From: Candidatus Latescibacterota bacterium
GTDB taxonomy: Bacteria > Latescibacterota > UBA2968 > UBA8231
Assembly: GCA_965217585.1 (NCBI GenBank)
Contig: OZ244561.1
Coordinates: 1,760,001 to 1,824,000 of the forward strand
DNA length: 64,000 nucleotides
Direction of reading: 5' to 3'
Positions 20,599-30,449 of the stretch are shown here, piece by piece. A model generated the notes under the pieces. The model had not been told where the DNA came from. It saw only the letters and a program-made list of their open reading frames with translations, and did not search any database. The translations under genes were made by a program, and so were the position numbers. How positions within the stretch are numbered: the stretch's first letter is position 1; every line of letters begins with the position of its first letter.

Positions 20599-21669
20599 AT
20601 GAAGACATCCGATCCATTTGAAAAGGGCCTCGCAGCCGGTGAGGCCGCGGCTTCTGCCGCCGGAGGCGCATCACAAACATCGGCGAACGGCGGGCGTATG
20701 TATGTGCGCACACAGAGTTTTGGCTCAACCGATGCCGAGTTGCGCTTTTTGCAGCGCTGTGGCGTGCGCCACAAGGCCGCCAACTTTCCCTTCCACCCCG
20801 ACCGTGGCTGGGATCTCGACGAGTTGCTCCGAGAAAGAGAGCACCACGAGGCCTTCGGGCTGACATTGGATATGAGCCTGCTACCCATATATGGGCATTT
20901 TCCCAACATTATCTATTTTGGCAAAAGCCCGGAGCGCGACCGGGAAATCGACCTCGTATGCGAAATGATCCGAACCGCTTCGCGCGCCGGCATCAATTCT
21001 CTGCGCTATAACACTTGCATCCTGTCCATCGACCGTACCGAACGAGAAGAAGGTCGCGGCGGCTACTACCACACTGCGTTCCGCCTAGACAAGGTCCCGG
21101 CAGAAGAACAGGCCAAGCTGACTGAGGCCGGGCGCGTCACGGCAGACATGCGCTGGGAACGGATTGAGTATCTGCTCGAACGCATGATTCCGGTGGCAGA
21201 AGAATTCAAGGTTCGAATGGGCAATTCTCAGGAAGACCCTGCCACACCCCTCGGTTATAAGGGCGTTGACAAAGTTCTCAATGAATTTGAGGGCATGAAG
21301 CGTTTCATCGAGATTCAGCGCAGTCCGTATCACGGCTGGAACTTCTGTGTCGGCTCCATCGCTGAAGGGCTCGAAGATCCGGCCAATGAAATCTACCCCA
21401 TCATAGAATACTTTGGCAGCCGTAATACGATCTTCCTGGTTCACTATCGCAACCTCCTCGGGGGGCGCTACAGCTTCCGCGAGGCTCTGCCCGATGAAGG
21501 AGATATGGACTTCCACCGGGTATTAAAGGCCCTCAAGGACACAGGCTACTGTTACGGCATTGATCCCGACCACGTCCCGAGCACCGACGACGATCCGCAG
21601 GGCTACTATCAGTCCTATGCTTACTGCTTCGGCTACATCAATGCCATGATTCAGGCGGTCTACGGTTAA
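20599..21669 (+). CDS. Mannonate dehydratase (UxuA)-like sugar acid dehydratase
   Basis: PERDREIDLVCEMIR, YLLERMIPVAEEFKVRM...EDP, NFCVGS, VHYRN, PDEGDMD, PDHVP; own AAGGA RBS and ATG at 20599. Confidence 0.8.
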   Translation: MKTSDPFEKGLAAGEAAASAAGGASQTSANGGRMYVRTQSFGSTDAELRFLQRCGVRHKAANFPFHPDRGWDLDELLREREHHEAFGLTLDMSLLPIYGHFPNIIYFGKSPERDREIDLVCEMIRTASRAGINSLRYNTCILSIDRTEREEGRGGYYHTAFRLDKVPAEEQAKLTEAGRVTADMRWERIEYLLERMIPVAEEFKVRMGNSQEDPATPLGYKGVDKVLNEFEGMKRFIEIQRSPYHGWNFCVGSIAEGLEDPANEIYPIIEYFGSRNTIFLVHYRNLLGGRYSFREALPDEGDMDFHRVLKALKDTGYCYGIDPDHVPSTDDDPQGYYQSYAYCFGYINAMIQAVYG

Positions 21670-21697
21670 TCCATAGGTAGGTGGTAATGGTTCAGAT

Positions 21698-23110
21698 ATG
21701 AAGAACCTCAATCGACCCAACATCGTCTTCATCCTCAGCGACGACCAAGGCCCTTGGGCCGCCGGCTGTTATGGCAACGCGGAAATCCGCACCCCGGCGA
21801 TTGACCGCATCGCCCAAACGGGCATGCGCTTTGACAATTTCTTCGTCGCAACGCCGGTCTGCTCACCAAGTCGCGCAACCTTTTTGACCGGGCGGATCCC
21901 CTCGCAGCACGGGGTCCACGACTGGATCCGCGAGGGCAATGTCGGCGAGTCCGCAGCCGCCTATCTCGACGGCGAGGTGGCTTATACCGACATCCTCGCT
22001 GAAAATGGCTGGAACTGCGGCCTAAGCGGCAAGTGGCACCTCGGGCACAGCCAACTCGCGCAGCACGGCTTTGCGCATTGGTACGTGCATCAGCAGGGCG
22101 GCGGGCAGTACAACAACGCGCCCATGATCCGCGACGGCGAGTTAATCACCGAGCCGGGCTACGTGACGACAGCGATCACCGACGACGCGCTGGCGTTTAT
22201 CGATCGGCACGCTGACGGCGATGCGCCCTTTTACCTAGGGGTACACTACACCGCGCCGCACAGTCCGTGGACTGGTCACCCGCAGGAAATCGTCGATTCC
22301 TACGACAACTGCGCGTTCGACTCCTGTCCGCAGGAAGCGATTCACCCTTGGGCGGTGGGCCACCCGCTGAGCGAGAACTGCTTGGGCAACCGCGAGATGC
22401 TCAAGGGCTATTTCGCGGCGGTGACGGCCATGGACCGCGACATTGGGCGGATCCTCGACAAGCTGGAAGAACGGGGGCTGCGCGAGGACACGCTCGTTGT
22501 CTTCGTCAGCGACAATGGCTTTAGCTGCGGCCACCACGGCTTCTGGGGTAAGGGCAACGGCACCTATCCGCCGAACATGTACGAGAATTCGATCAAGGTG
22601 CCCTTCGTCGTCAGCCACCCCGGCCGCATACCTGCGGGGAGCATCCAAGCGGCCATGGTCAGCGCCTACGACTTTATGCCGACCTTGCTCGACTATCTAG
22701 GGCTGCCGCTGCCCGAGCGCCTCGACTTGCCCGGACAGAGCGTGCTACCGCTGTTGTTGGGAGCGGGCGACACCGGTCGGCAGGAGGTGGTGATCTACGA
22801 TGAGTACGGGGCGACGCGGATGATGCGCACCGAGGAGTGGAAATACGTCCACCGCTATCCAGATGGGCCGCACGAACTCTACGACCTAGTCAACGACCCG
22901 GACGAACGCGCCAATCTGGCGGACGATCCCAACCAAGCCGAGCGAATCGGCGACCTGAAGCGGCGGTTGGAGGCGTGGTACGAACGCTACGTAGTGCCCG
23001 ATCGCGACGGTCGCAACTTCGCAGTGACCGGCAAGGGACAGCTCAGACCGGTGGGCGGTCAGTGGGAAAACCCCGCGACCAGCACAAATCAACCATTCGC
23101 TCAGGAGTAG
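21698..23110 (+). CDS. Formylglycine-dependent sulfatase
   Basis: RPNIVFILSDD, CSPSRA, GKWHLG, SDNG. Confidence 0.95.
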   Translation: MKNLNRPNIVFILSDDQGPWAAGCYGNAEIRTPAIDRIAQTGMRFDNFFVATPVCSPSRATFLTGRIPSQHGVHDWIREGNVGESAAAYLDGEVAYTDILAENGWNCGLSGKWHLGHSQLAQHGFAHWYVHQQGGGQYNNAPMIRDGELITEPGYVTTAITDDALAFIDRHADGDAPFYLGVHYTAPHSPWTGHPQEIVDSYDNCAFDSCPQEAIHPWAVGHPLSENCLGNREMLKGYFAAVTAMDRDIGRILDKLEERGLREDTLVVFVSDNGFSCGHHGFWGKGNGTYPPNMYENSIKVPFVVSHPGRIPAGSIQAAMVSAYDFMPTLLDYLGLPLPERLDLPGQSVLPLLLGAGDTGRQEVVIYDEYGATRMMRTEEWKYVHRYPDGPHELYDLVNDPDERANLADDPNQAERIGDLKRRLEAWYERYVVPDRDGRNFAVTGKGQLRPVGGQWENPATSTNQPFAQE

Positions 23111-23133
23111 CCAATGGCAGGCGCGTCACGCAT

Positions 23134-23979
23134 TCACTCCGGCAACACACTCCGCGCCGGCACAAATCCCAACTCCGCTTTAATCCGCGCAATATCATAC
23201 ACCGGATCCCGCTCGTGCCCCGCCCGCTCATAATGCGCCATGTCGATCCTCTCAGCATCCGCCCCATACCAAATCCGCATCAACTCCGGCACTGTACAGG
23301 CCACGCAGGCCTGCGTCCCCACCGCGTTCAAAATCCGCACCCCCGCCTCGTGCGCGCTCTCGGCCGCCAGCCGGAAGCACCGCACCGCATCGCTCAAATA
23401 CATGCACGAAATCGCCCCCATCCCCCACTGTCCCACCGGCCCCGGCTGCCGTGGCGCAGCTACCCTGTCCTCGGGCCAAATCGAAGCCAGCCTAATATTG
23501 ATGAAGTCTAGGTCCTCCCGCTGCCGCGCCAGATAGCGGGTCGTCTCCTCCATCATGTATTTGGAAAAACCGTAGCCGTCGCGGTCGAGACACGGATGTT
23601 CATCCGACATCGGCAGTTCGAGCGGCCGAAAATGCACCGACTGCATCCCGACCGCCGCGATCGACGAGGCCAATGCGAATTTGCCGCAACCCCGATCGAT
23701 CAGATAGCGCAACAAGCCGTAGGACCCCATGACATTGGCCCGCATGAGATCCGCTTCGGTGCCCGCGCCCGTCACCGCCCCCAGATGGACCAGCGCGTCG
23801 AAATCCCACCGGTCCAACCGCTGCAGATCCTCCACCCGCGAAAAATCTCCAACCACCACCGCCACCCCCGCGACCTCCGTCGGCTGGCGCGACAGACAGA
23901 CCACCTCGTGGTCCGCGGCCATATCCGCGGCCAACGCCCGGCCGATAAAACCGCTGGTTCCCGTAATCAATACGCGCAT
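23134..23979 (-). CDS. NAD-dependent epimerase/dehydratase (extended SDR)
   Basis: MRVLITGTSGFIG, ASSIA, YGFSK. Confidence 0.9.
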   Translation of the reverse strand: MRVLITGTSGFIGRALAADMAADHEVVCLSRQPTEVAGVAVVVGDFSRVEDLQRLDRWDFDALVHLGAVTGAGTEADLMRANVMGSYGLLRYLIDRGCGKFALASSIAAVGMQSVHFRPLELPMSDEHPCLDRDGYGFSKYMMEETTRYLARQREDLDFINIRLASIWPEDRVAAPRQPGPVGQWGMGAISCMYLSDAVRCFRLAAESAHEAGVRILNAVGTQACVACTVPELMRIWYGADAERIDMAHYERAGHERDPVYDIARIKAELGFVPARSVLPE

Positions 23980-23980
23980 C

Positions 23981-25552
23981 TCAACCTCCCCGCGGGGCGA
24001 TCCGTTCCAGCACCAAGCCTTCGGGGCGCACAAAATCCTTGTAGCGGGCCAGGATTTCCCCCCCATTAATACTGCGGGCAAAACCTGCCCGCGCCTCCAG
24101 TTTCTTCACCTCGATCTCAACCCGATTGGCCCCGCGCCTTACCTCCTCCGGTGCCAGGCGAAAGCGGAACCAGTGCGCCGAAAAACCCAACGGGGCCTGC
24201 ACCGCCATACTGCCGGCGAGCTGAACGGGAATGGTCAACGCGCGCTCGTCGCTGATTTCGGCTTCGGCGCGGGACAGGACCCGGCCATTAAAGCGCATTT
24301 CGATGTCGTCCTCAATGCAGAAAAAGGCAAAGCGCAGCGTCAAGATGGCCGGGCGCATCTCGCCGTCGCGCCGGGCGCTCTCCACATCGTCGGCCACCCA
24401 AATGTCGAGCGCGACCGTCTCGCCCTCCAAGAGCTGTTCCGGCACTTGGCGCTCCGGTGTAGAAGTCTCCTCACCCAACACTCCCTCACGCGGCTGTAAC
24501 AAGTAGCGCTTGTCGCGCCGGGCGTGTACCTGCGGATAGCCGACCTCGCGCAGGATCTGGTACTCGCGCTCGGCAAGGGGCCAAGGCAGATAGCCCAAAT
24601 ACATCCCGGCGTAGCCCTGCCAAGCGAGGGTCTGACCGAGCGCGCGGTACATCTCAATACTCGGCAACCCCACCCGCTCGTCGTAGATCCGCCGCGGCGG
24701 CCGATAATACGCCGCAGCATCGGCATTCTCGGCCACTTCGGCCAGCCACGGTGCCTGAATGCTTGGGTCAACCAGCGCGTTCTCGTCCTGGCCGACGACC
24801 CAGTCGAGGCTTCCCGCTTTGAGCCAAGCCGCCACGTCCAACCCCACCGCGAGATTGTCTTCCTCGTGCAGATGCACCCGCGCCATCAGCGGAATTTCGC
24901 GGCCCTGCCGTGCGCCGATTTCCTCGGCCAACGCCCGCACCTTGGCCACAAACTCGCTCATCAGCGGCGTGTTTTTTTGGATTTCGTCCTGTTTGAAATA
25001 GAAGTTGTCAAAGCAAAAATCCAGTTCCAGCCCATCGGCTCGGTAGCCTTCCAGCACTTCGCCGATGATGGCCAGCTTGTTCTCCTGCACCGCCTCCTGC
25101 GCGTAGTCGTAACACCACTCGGCCCGCCCCGCGTCGCCAATGCACACCGCGGCCCCGCGCTGTTCCTTGAGCCGCCCCGAGCGCTCGTATCCCGGGCGGG
25201 CAGAGTCCTGGAGCTTGAGGCTGGGAAAGACCTGCAACCCCGTCTCCCGGCCGCGCTCAATGACGGCCCGCAATTGGTCAGTGCCCAGTTCCTTGGCCAC
25301 CTCGACCATCCGCATAATCCGCCAGTCGATGTAGTTTTCCCACACCTCCTTGCCCTGCCCCACCACGCGGCCGACCGCGCTCTGATGGAAGAAGACGTCG
25401 CTATAACCCAATCCCAAAACCAGCAAATCCACGCCCGTGCCCAATACCTCATCTACCGGCCAGTTCAGGAGGTGCCGACTGGCTGGTGGTTCGAGTCGCT
25501 TGGCGTGGAAGTGGTGTGCGTCGTTGTAGTGAATCAAACGGGGGTGGTCCAT
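23981..25552 (-). CDS. Hypothetical glycoside-hydrolase-like TIM-barrel protein (GHL10/DUF187-like)
   Basis: RLIHYND, YDYAQEAV, EVLEGYRADGLELDF; beta-rich C-terminal domain. Confidence 0.5.
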   Translation of the reverse strand: MDHPRLIHYNDAHHFHAKRLEPPASRHLLNWPVDEVLGTGVDLLVLGLGYSDVFFHQSAVGRVVGQGKEVWENYIDWRIMRMVEVAKELGTDQLRAVIERGRETGLQVFPSLKLQDSARPGYERSGRLKEQRGAAVCIGDAGRAEWCYDYAQEAVQENKLAIIGEVLEGYRADGLELDFCFDNFYFKQDEIQKNTPLMSEFVAKVRALAEEIGARQGREIPLMARVHLHEEDNLAVGLDVAAWLKAGSLDWVVGQDENALVDPSIQAPWLAEVAENADAAAYYRPPRRIYDERVGLPSIEMYRALGQTLAWQGYAGMYLGYLPWPLAEREYQILREVGYPQVHARRDKRYLLQPREGVLGEETSTPERQVPEQLLEGETVALDIWVADDVESARRDGEMRPAILTLRFAFFCIEDDIEMRFNGRVLSRAEAEISDERALTIPVQLAGSMAVQAPLGFSAHWFRFRLAPEEVRRGANRVEIEVKKLEARAGFARSINGGEILARYKDFVRPEGLVLERIAPRGG

Positions 25553-25606
25553 GGCTAAGCTCCTAATTTTTACAGGCCCATCGGCCTCATAGTGGTTTCG
25601 TACACC

Positions 25607-26722
25607 TTAGTCCTTTTTGTGCGATAAAACCTGATCCATGTACTTTTCGCGGCCGAAGATCGGCTTTTTGTTGTACATCCGCGAGGGGTTGGGAATGAGG
25701 CGCAGGCTGCGGTCGGTCAGCGGCAGCGCCACGGGCGCACAGCCCTGCCGGTGCGACTCGCGCACCGCGATGGCCATTTCGAGGACCTTGACGCCGTTCT
25801 CGCCGCTGCCCGGCGGGTCCTCGCCTCGCTCCAGCGCGTCAACAATGGCCTTGCAGCTAGCCACGTTGCGGTCCCCAGGCCAGCGCCAGCCCTCGGCGTC
25901 GTACCCGCGTTTGGCGCCGTAGATCGGCCCTTCCGGCAAGACGCCCTCGATTTTTTCCAACTTCTCCCAACTCGCTCCGTCGCCTTCGACGTACCGGTAC
26001 AAGCCGGCGAGATTGTCGTCTGAGTAGAATATCCCGTCCTCACATGCCACCTCGTAGCCGCGGCCCCGCGCATCCTTGTCCCGGTAGGTAAACGCCTCGA
26101 TCCCATTGGTGAAGCGCACGTACCCGGCCCCGCCTTGGTCGTGGTCGCTCAGGGGATCGTCGCTGACCCAGCCCGATACCCACGCCACCTCAGCGCACCC
26201 AGCGAAATGGCGCATCAAGGTAAAGCGCTGACAGCCACCACCCGACATCTCCGTACCCGACCCGCCGAGCAACGTGATGCGCTTGACCGCCCCTAGCTCG
26301 CCCGCACCAATGAACTCCAGCGCCTTTTGGTAGGCCGGCAGGTTGACGTCCAAGTCGCCCGCGCCAAAGGGGATGCGCCGGCGCTTGCACTCGGCGACCA
26401 TGCGGTCGGCCTCTGCGAGTGAGGCCGCGATCGGCTTTTCGCAGAGGATGGCCTTGACCCCAGCTTGAGCGCAGTCGATGACGACCTCCGGGTTGACGCC
26501 GACCGGCAAAATCGGCGCGGCAATGTCGAGCGCTTCTTTTTCTAGCATCTGGCGATAATCGGCATAGCCGGGCACGCCCGTGCGTTTTTGAAACAACGCC
26601 AAATTCTCCGGGTCTCCATCGGCCACGGCCACCAACTCAGTGCGCTCGTCGAGCATATAGGCGCGCGCGTGCTGCGTGCCTTTGCGCCCGGCCCCGATCA
26701 ACCCCACGCGATATTTAGCCAT
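25607..26722 (-). CDS. Gfo/Idh/MocA family oxidoreductase
   Basis: RVGLIGAGRKG, ILCEKPIA. Confidence 0.88.
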   Translation of the reverse strand: MAKYRVGLIGAGRKGTQHARAYMLDERTELVAVADGDPENLALFQKRTGVPGYADYRQMLEKEALDIAAPILPVGVNPEVVIDCAQAGVKAILCEKPIAASLAEADRMVAECKRRRIPFGAGDLDVNLPAYQKALEFIGAGELGAVKRITLLGGSGTEMSGGGCQRFTLMRHFAGCAEVAWVSGWVSDDPLSDHDQGGAGYVRFTNGIEAFTYRDKDARGRGYEVACEDGIFYSDDNLAGLYRYVEGDGASWEKLEKIEGVLPEGPIYGAKRGYDAEGWRWPGDRNVASCKAIVDALERGEDPPGSGENGVKVLEMAIAVRESHRQGCAPVALPLTDRSLRLIPNPSRMYNKKPIFGREKYMDQVLSHKKD

Positions 26723-26774
26723 CGTCGAAACCCTCCTTATTATGTATAGCAACCCTGAATATTGTGAATACTAT

Positions 26775-26801
26775 TCTGCGTCCATCTGCGTCCATCTGCG
26801 G
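26775..26801. repeat. Short intergenic 10-nt tandem repeat (TCCATCTGCG)
   Basis: tctgcg tccatctgcg tccatctgcg g. Confidence 0.6.
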
Positions 26802-26807
26802 ATCTCG

Positions 26808-27971
26808 TCAGCCGCTCCGGCCCGCCCGCACCCACAACAACCCTAGCGTCACCGCCACCATCACCAAAAAGGGCACCGCCAAGTGATTGAGCTGGTCCCA
26901 ACCCAGTATCCCCTCCAAAGGTGCCGCCCCGAAGCTAGTCAGCACTATCAGACCAAAGACCAAAAAGTCATTGCAGGATTGCACCCGCGCCTTTTCCTCG
27001 GGCCGGTGCGTCATCGCCAAGAGCGAAGTTGACCCTACGAAAAGAAAATTCCACCCCACGCCCAATAGCGCCAACCCGATTGTATAGTGATAGAGCCCAA
27101 TACCACTCAAATTGACCGCGATAGAGCACCCGAGCAACGCGAGGCCGGCGAACATGATCCGATGCTCGCCCCAACGCGAGATCAGGTGCCCGGTAAAAAA
27201 AGACGGCACGTACATGCCCAGCACATGCCACTGAATCACCCAGGCCGTATCGGCAAAGGAATGCAAATGCCGCTTCATCGCCAGCGGCGTGGCATTCATC
27301 AACAGCGACATCAGCCCCCAAGCAGCCACTGCCCCAATCACTGCCAGCGCAAAATCCGACTGCTGGGCGATCTCCCTGAGCGAACGCCCACCCGCCCGCT
27401 GCTCCTCGGCGCTAGGCGTGGGAAAGGAGACAAAACAGAGCACCGGCAAAACCAGCGCATGAACCGCGGCAATCCCCAAAAAAGAGCCGGCGAATAGATA
27501 ATCGGGAAACCACTCCCGCGACCACGCCGCCAGATTGGAGCCTGATACTGCGGCAATGACGCCCCCGGCCATCACCAGCGAAATGGCGCGACTGCGAAAA
27601 TCCTCGGCCACCACCTCGCCGGCCGCAAAGCGATAATAAGTGGCAAAGCCGTTGACCGCACCAATGCCCAACCCACCCAAACAAAGCAGCGCGAAATTGC
27701 CCTGGTACACGGCCAAGCACCCCACCAAACCCCCGACGATGCCCAACGCAGCACCCAGCGCAAAACCCAGCTTGCGACCTCGCCGCTGCATTAGCTGCGC
27801 CGCGGGCACCGTCATCAGCATCGTGGCTACCGGTGCCAGTGCCAGCGGCAGAGTCGCCAGCGCGGGATTCGGCGTCAACCGCTGGCCGATGAGCGCCATG
27901 CTCGACAGCATGACGATACTGGCAGTGCGCGAGAGGGCCTCGCACAAAAAGAGCAGCGAAAGATTTTTCAA
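26808..27971 (-). CDS. MFS transporter
   Basis: About 12 hydrophobic segments; YRFAAGE, VIQWHVLGMYVPSFFTG, GWNFLF. Confidence 0.9.
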   Translation of the reverse strand: MKNLSLLFLCEALSRTASIVMLSSMALIGQRLTPNPALATLPLALAPVATMLMTVPAAQLMQRRGRKLGFALGAALGIVGGLVGCLAVYQGNFALLCLGGLGIGAVNGFATYYRFAAGEVVAEDFRSRAISLVMAGGVIAAVSGSNLAAWSREWFPDYLFAGSFLGIAAVHALVLPVLCFVSFPTPSAEEQRAGGRSLREIAQQSDFALAVIGAVAAWGLMSLLMNATPLAMKRHLHSFADTAWVIQWHVLGMYVPSFFTGHLISRWGEHRIMFAGLALLGCSIAVNLSGIGLYHYTIGLALLGVGWNFLFVGSTSLLAMTHRPEEKARVQSCNDFLVFGLIVLTSFGAAPLEGILGWDQLNHLAVPFLVMVAVTLGLLWVRAGRSG

Positions 27972-28001
27972 ATTAGCCCGGCCAGTCGGCCCCGCCGTTT
28001 A

Positions 28002-29063
28002 CTATTTTTTTTGTCGCCGCGTCCCCACCGCCGCGGCCAACTCCTCCAACACCTCCACCGTATCCTCCCACCCAATACAGGCATCGGTAATGCTCTGCCC
28101 ATAAACCAACTCACTACCCGCCTGCTGTTTCTGATTGCCCTCGATTAGGTGGCTTTCCAGCATCACCCCAAAAATATCCTCCGCGCCCCCTGCCACCTGC
28201 GCGGTGATCGCGCGTGCAACAGCCGGCTGGCGCTTGTAATCCTTGGCGCTGTTGCCGTGGCTGCAATCGATCATCACGCGATGCGGCAAGGCCGCTTCCT
28301 TGAGCCGGGCCGCAGCAGCGTCGACGCTGCCGTGATCGTAGTTGGTCCCGTCGCTGCCACCGCGCAAAATAAGATGACAACTCGCATTGCCCGCAGTCCC
28401 GACAATCGCCGCAATGCCCTGCTTGGTCACCGAGAGAAAGTGATGCGGATGCCGGGCGGCACCGATGGCGTCGAGGGCGATCTGCACATTGCCCGCAGTC
28501 CCGTTCTTAAAGCCAACGGGCATCGACAGGCCCGAAGCCAATTCGCGGTGAACCTGACTTTCGGTAGTGCGAGCGCCAATAGCGCCCCAAGCAATCAAGT
28601 CGGCGATAAATTGCGGCGTAATGGTATCGAGGAATTCAGACCCGGTCGGCAAGCCCATATCCCCCAACTGCACCAGCAAGCCGCGCGCAGCGCGCAAGCC
28701 GCTGTTGATGGCAAAGCTATCGTCCAAATGCGGGTCGTTGATCAACCCCTTCCAGCCGACGGTCGTGCGCGGCTTCTCGAAATACACGCGCATCACCACG
28801 TACAACGCGTCGCTTAGGGCCGCGGCCTTTTTCTTGAGCCGTTCTGCGTATTCGAGCGCGGCTTGGGGGTCGTGGATCGAACACGGCCCGACCACCACCA
28901 CTAACCGGTCGTCCTCTCCGGCTAGTATCGCGTCCAATGTGCGCCGGCCCGCAGCCACAGTGTGGGAGGCCGCTTCTGAAATGGGCAACTCTTCCATCAA
29001 AATCGCCGGCGGGATCAGCGGTTTGAGTTGGGCAATGCGCAGATCGTCAGTTGATTCGAACAA
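28002..29063 (-). CDS. aroG: 3-deoxy-7-phosphoheptulonate (DAHP) synthase, class I alpha
   Basis: GPCSIHD, RVYFEKPRTTVGWKG, IGARTTESQVHR, DCSHGNS, YGQSITDAC; isozyme (aroF/G/H) not resolvable. Confidence 0.95.
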   Translation of the reverse strand: MFESTDDLRIAQLKPLIPPAILMEELPISEAASHTVAAGRRTLDAILAGEDDRLVVVVGPCSIHDPQAALEYAERLKKKAAALSDALYVVMRVYFEKPRTTVGWKGLINDPHLDDSFAINSGLRAARGLLVQLGDMGLPTGSEFLDTITPQFIADLIAWGAIGARTTESQVHRELASGLSMPVGFKNGTAGNVQIALDAIGAARHPHHFLSVTKQGIAAIVGTAGNASCHLILRGGSDGTNYDHGSVDAAAARLKEAALPHRVMIDCSHGNSAKDYKRQPAVARAITAQVAGGAEDIFGVMLESHLIEGNQKQQAGSELVYGQSITDACIGWEDTVEVLEELAAAVGTRRQKK

Positions 29064-29120
29064 GTCTTTCTACTCCTTTAGTAGCAGTTATAAATTCTTA
29101 TCGTCTAAACACTATTCACC

Positions 29121-30344
29121 CTAACCACCAGGCACCCAACCCAAAGCCGCAAAGTTCCTGCCGGTGAGACTCCGCATAAAGCGCGCCCGCTCGCGAGCGG
29201 CCTGTAGCTCCTCCCGCAGGTCCTCCGGCCGATGCACCCGGCCCCGGCGCACGGTCAATACCGGCTCGATTTTGCGATCGCCCTGCTCGCGCCGGCCGCG
29301 CACATCGCTAAACTCAAACGTCCCTTCCAGCACCTCAAACGCCGCCAGATCCGCCACCGTACCCTTCCGCAAGGTACCCAACTCCTCGCCGCGCCCGATG
29401 GCATTCGCGGCCGCGGCCGTGCTCTGCTGCACGACGCGTTCGAGCGGCACGCCCAGATTGAGCAGCTTCGACGCGGTCTCCGGCATACTCTCGATCGGGC
29501 TATCCCAGCTATGCGCGTGCAAATCAGTGCTGATCACGTCGGCGACAAAGCCGTCGGCCAGCGCCTGTATTGCGATCCCGTAGTCGAAACTGCCGCCGCC
29601 GTGCCCCACATCGAAGAGCACGCCCCGCTCCCGCGCGGCCCACACCTGCGGCACCACCGTCCCCGATTCGTCAACCACGCAGTCTCCCGTACCTTGATAA
29701 CAATGAGTGACTATATCACCGGGCCGCAGCAGGGCAAGCACCTCCACAATCGGCACCCCCCGAGCGATGTGTACCATCACTGGCACCCCCGCCCACTCGG
29801 CCGCCTGCACCGCCAACTGCAAGGGCTTGGTCCCATTCTCGCCAACTTGGAAACCGCCCTGCCGCACCTTGACGCCGACGCAGTGCTCCTGCCAGTGGTG
29901 GGCCACAAAAGCCGTGCGCTCTGGATCGCCGTACTGCAAATCGATCATCTCCCCCACCGGCCCACAAGTCAGGCCAATCGCCGAAATGTGCACGTACCCC
30001 AAAACCTGGGTCCGCGCTGGCTCAATGACATAATCGACAAATCCCTCGAAGTTCGCCCATCCCGCGCTTCCAGCATCGACGATTGTCGTCACACCCGTGG
30101 CCAAGCACAGCGCATCACCGCGGATGCCCCAAGTCGTGCATCCCGCGTAGAGGTGCGCGTGAATATCGATCCAACCCGGCGTCAGAATCTTGCCGGACAG
30201 ATCTATCGTCTCCGCTGCCGGAGCCGTTATCGTCTCGGCCACTGCGGCGATCTTCTCCCCGACGATCCCCACGTCGCGGATCCCATCCACGCCCTGCGCC
30301 GGGTCCATCACCCGCGCGCCCTTTAACAACAGATCGTAGGACAT
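29121..30344 (-). CDS. Amidohydrolase/deacetylase family metallohydrolase (dihydroorotase-like)
   Basis: PGWIDIHAH, GVTTIVDAGSAG, DVGHGGGSF, ISTDLH. Confidence 0.88.
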   Translation of the reverse strand: MSYDLLLKGARVMDPAQGVDGIRDVGIVGEKIAAVAETITAPAAETIDLSGKILTPGWIDIHAHLYAGCTTWGIRGDALCLATGVTTIVDAGSAGWANFEGFVDYVIEPARTQVLGYVHISAIGLTCGPVGEMIDLQYGDPERTAFVAHHWQEHCVGVKVRQGGFQVGENGTKPLQLAVQAAEWAGVPVMVHIARGVPIVEVLALLRPGDIVTHCYQGTGDCVVDESGTVVPQVWAARERGVLFDVGHGGGSFDYGIAIQALADGFVADVISTDLHAHSWDSPIESMPETASKLLNLGVPLERVVQQSTAAAANAIGRGEELGTLRKGTVADLAAFEVLEGTFEFSDVRGRREQGDRKIEPVLTVRRGRVHRPEDLREELQAARERARFMRSLTGRNFAALGWVPGG

Positions 30345-30386
30345 TTCCCGTCCCTCCATTATCCTATTAAAAACCTCTGCGGCTTC

Positions 30387-30418
30387 TTGACACGACTAGG
30401 CCCAACCCCGTATATAAT
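30387..30418 (+). promoter_or_regulatory. Putative sigma70 promoter
   Basis: TTGACA (30387-30392) with TATATA or TATAAT at 18 or 20 bp spacing, upstream of ATG 30450. Confidence 0.4.
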
Positions 30419-30449
30419 TCGCTTTTTTTACTCCAACCAGAGAGCTATC

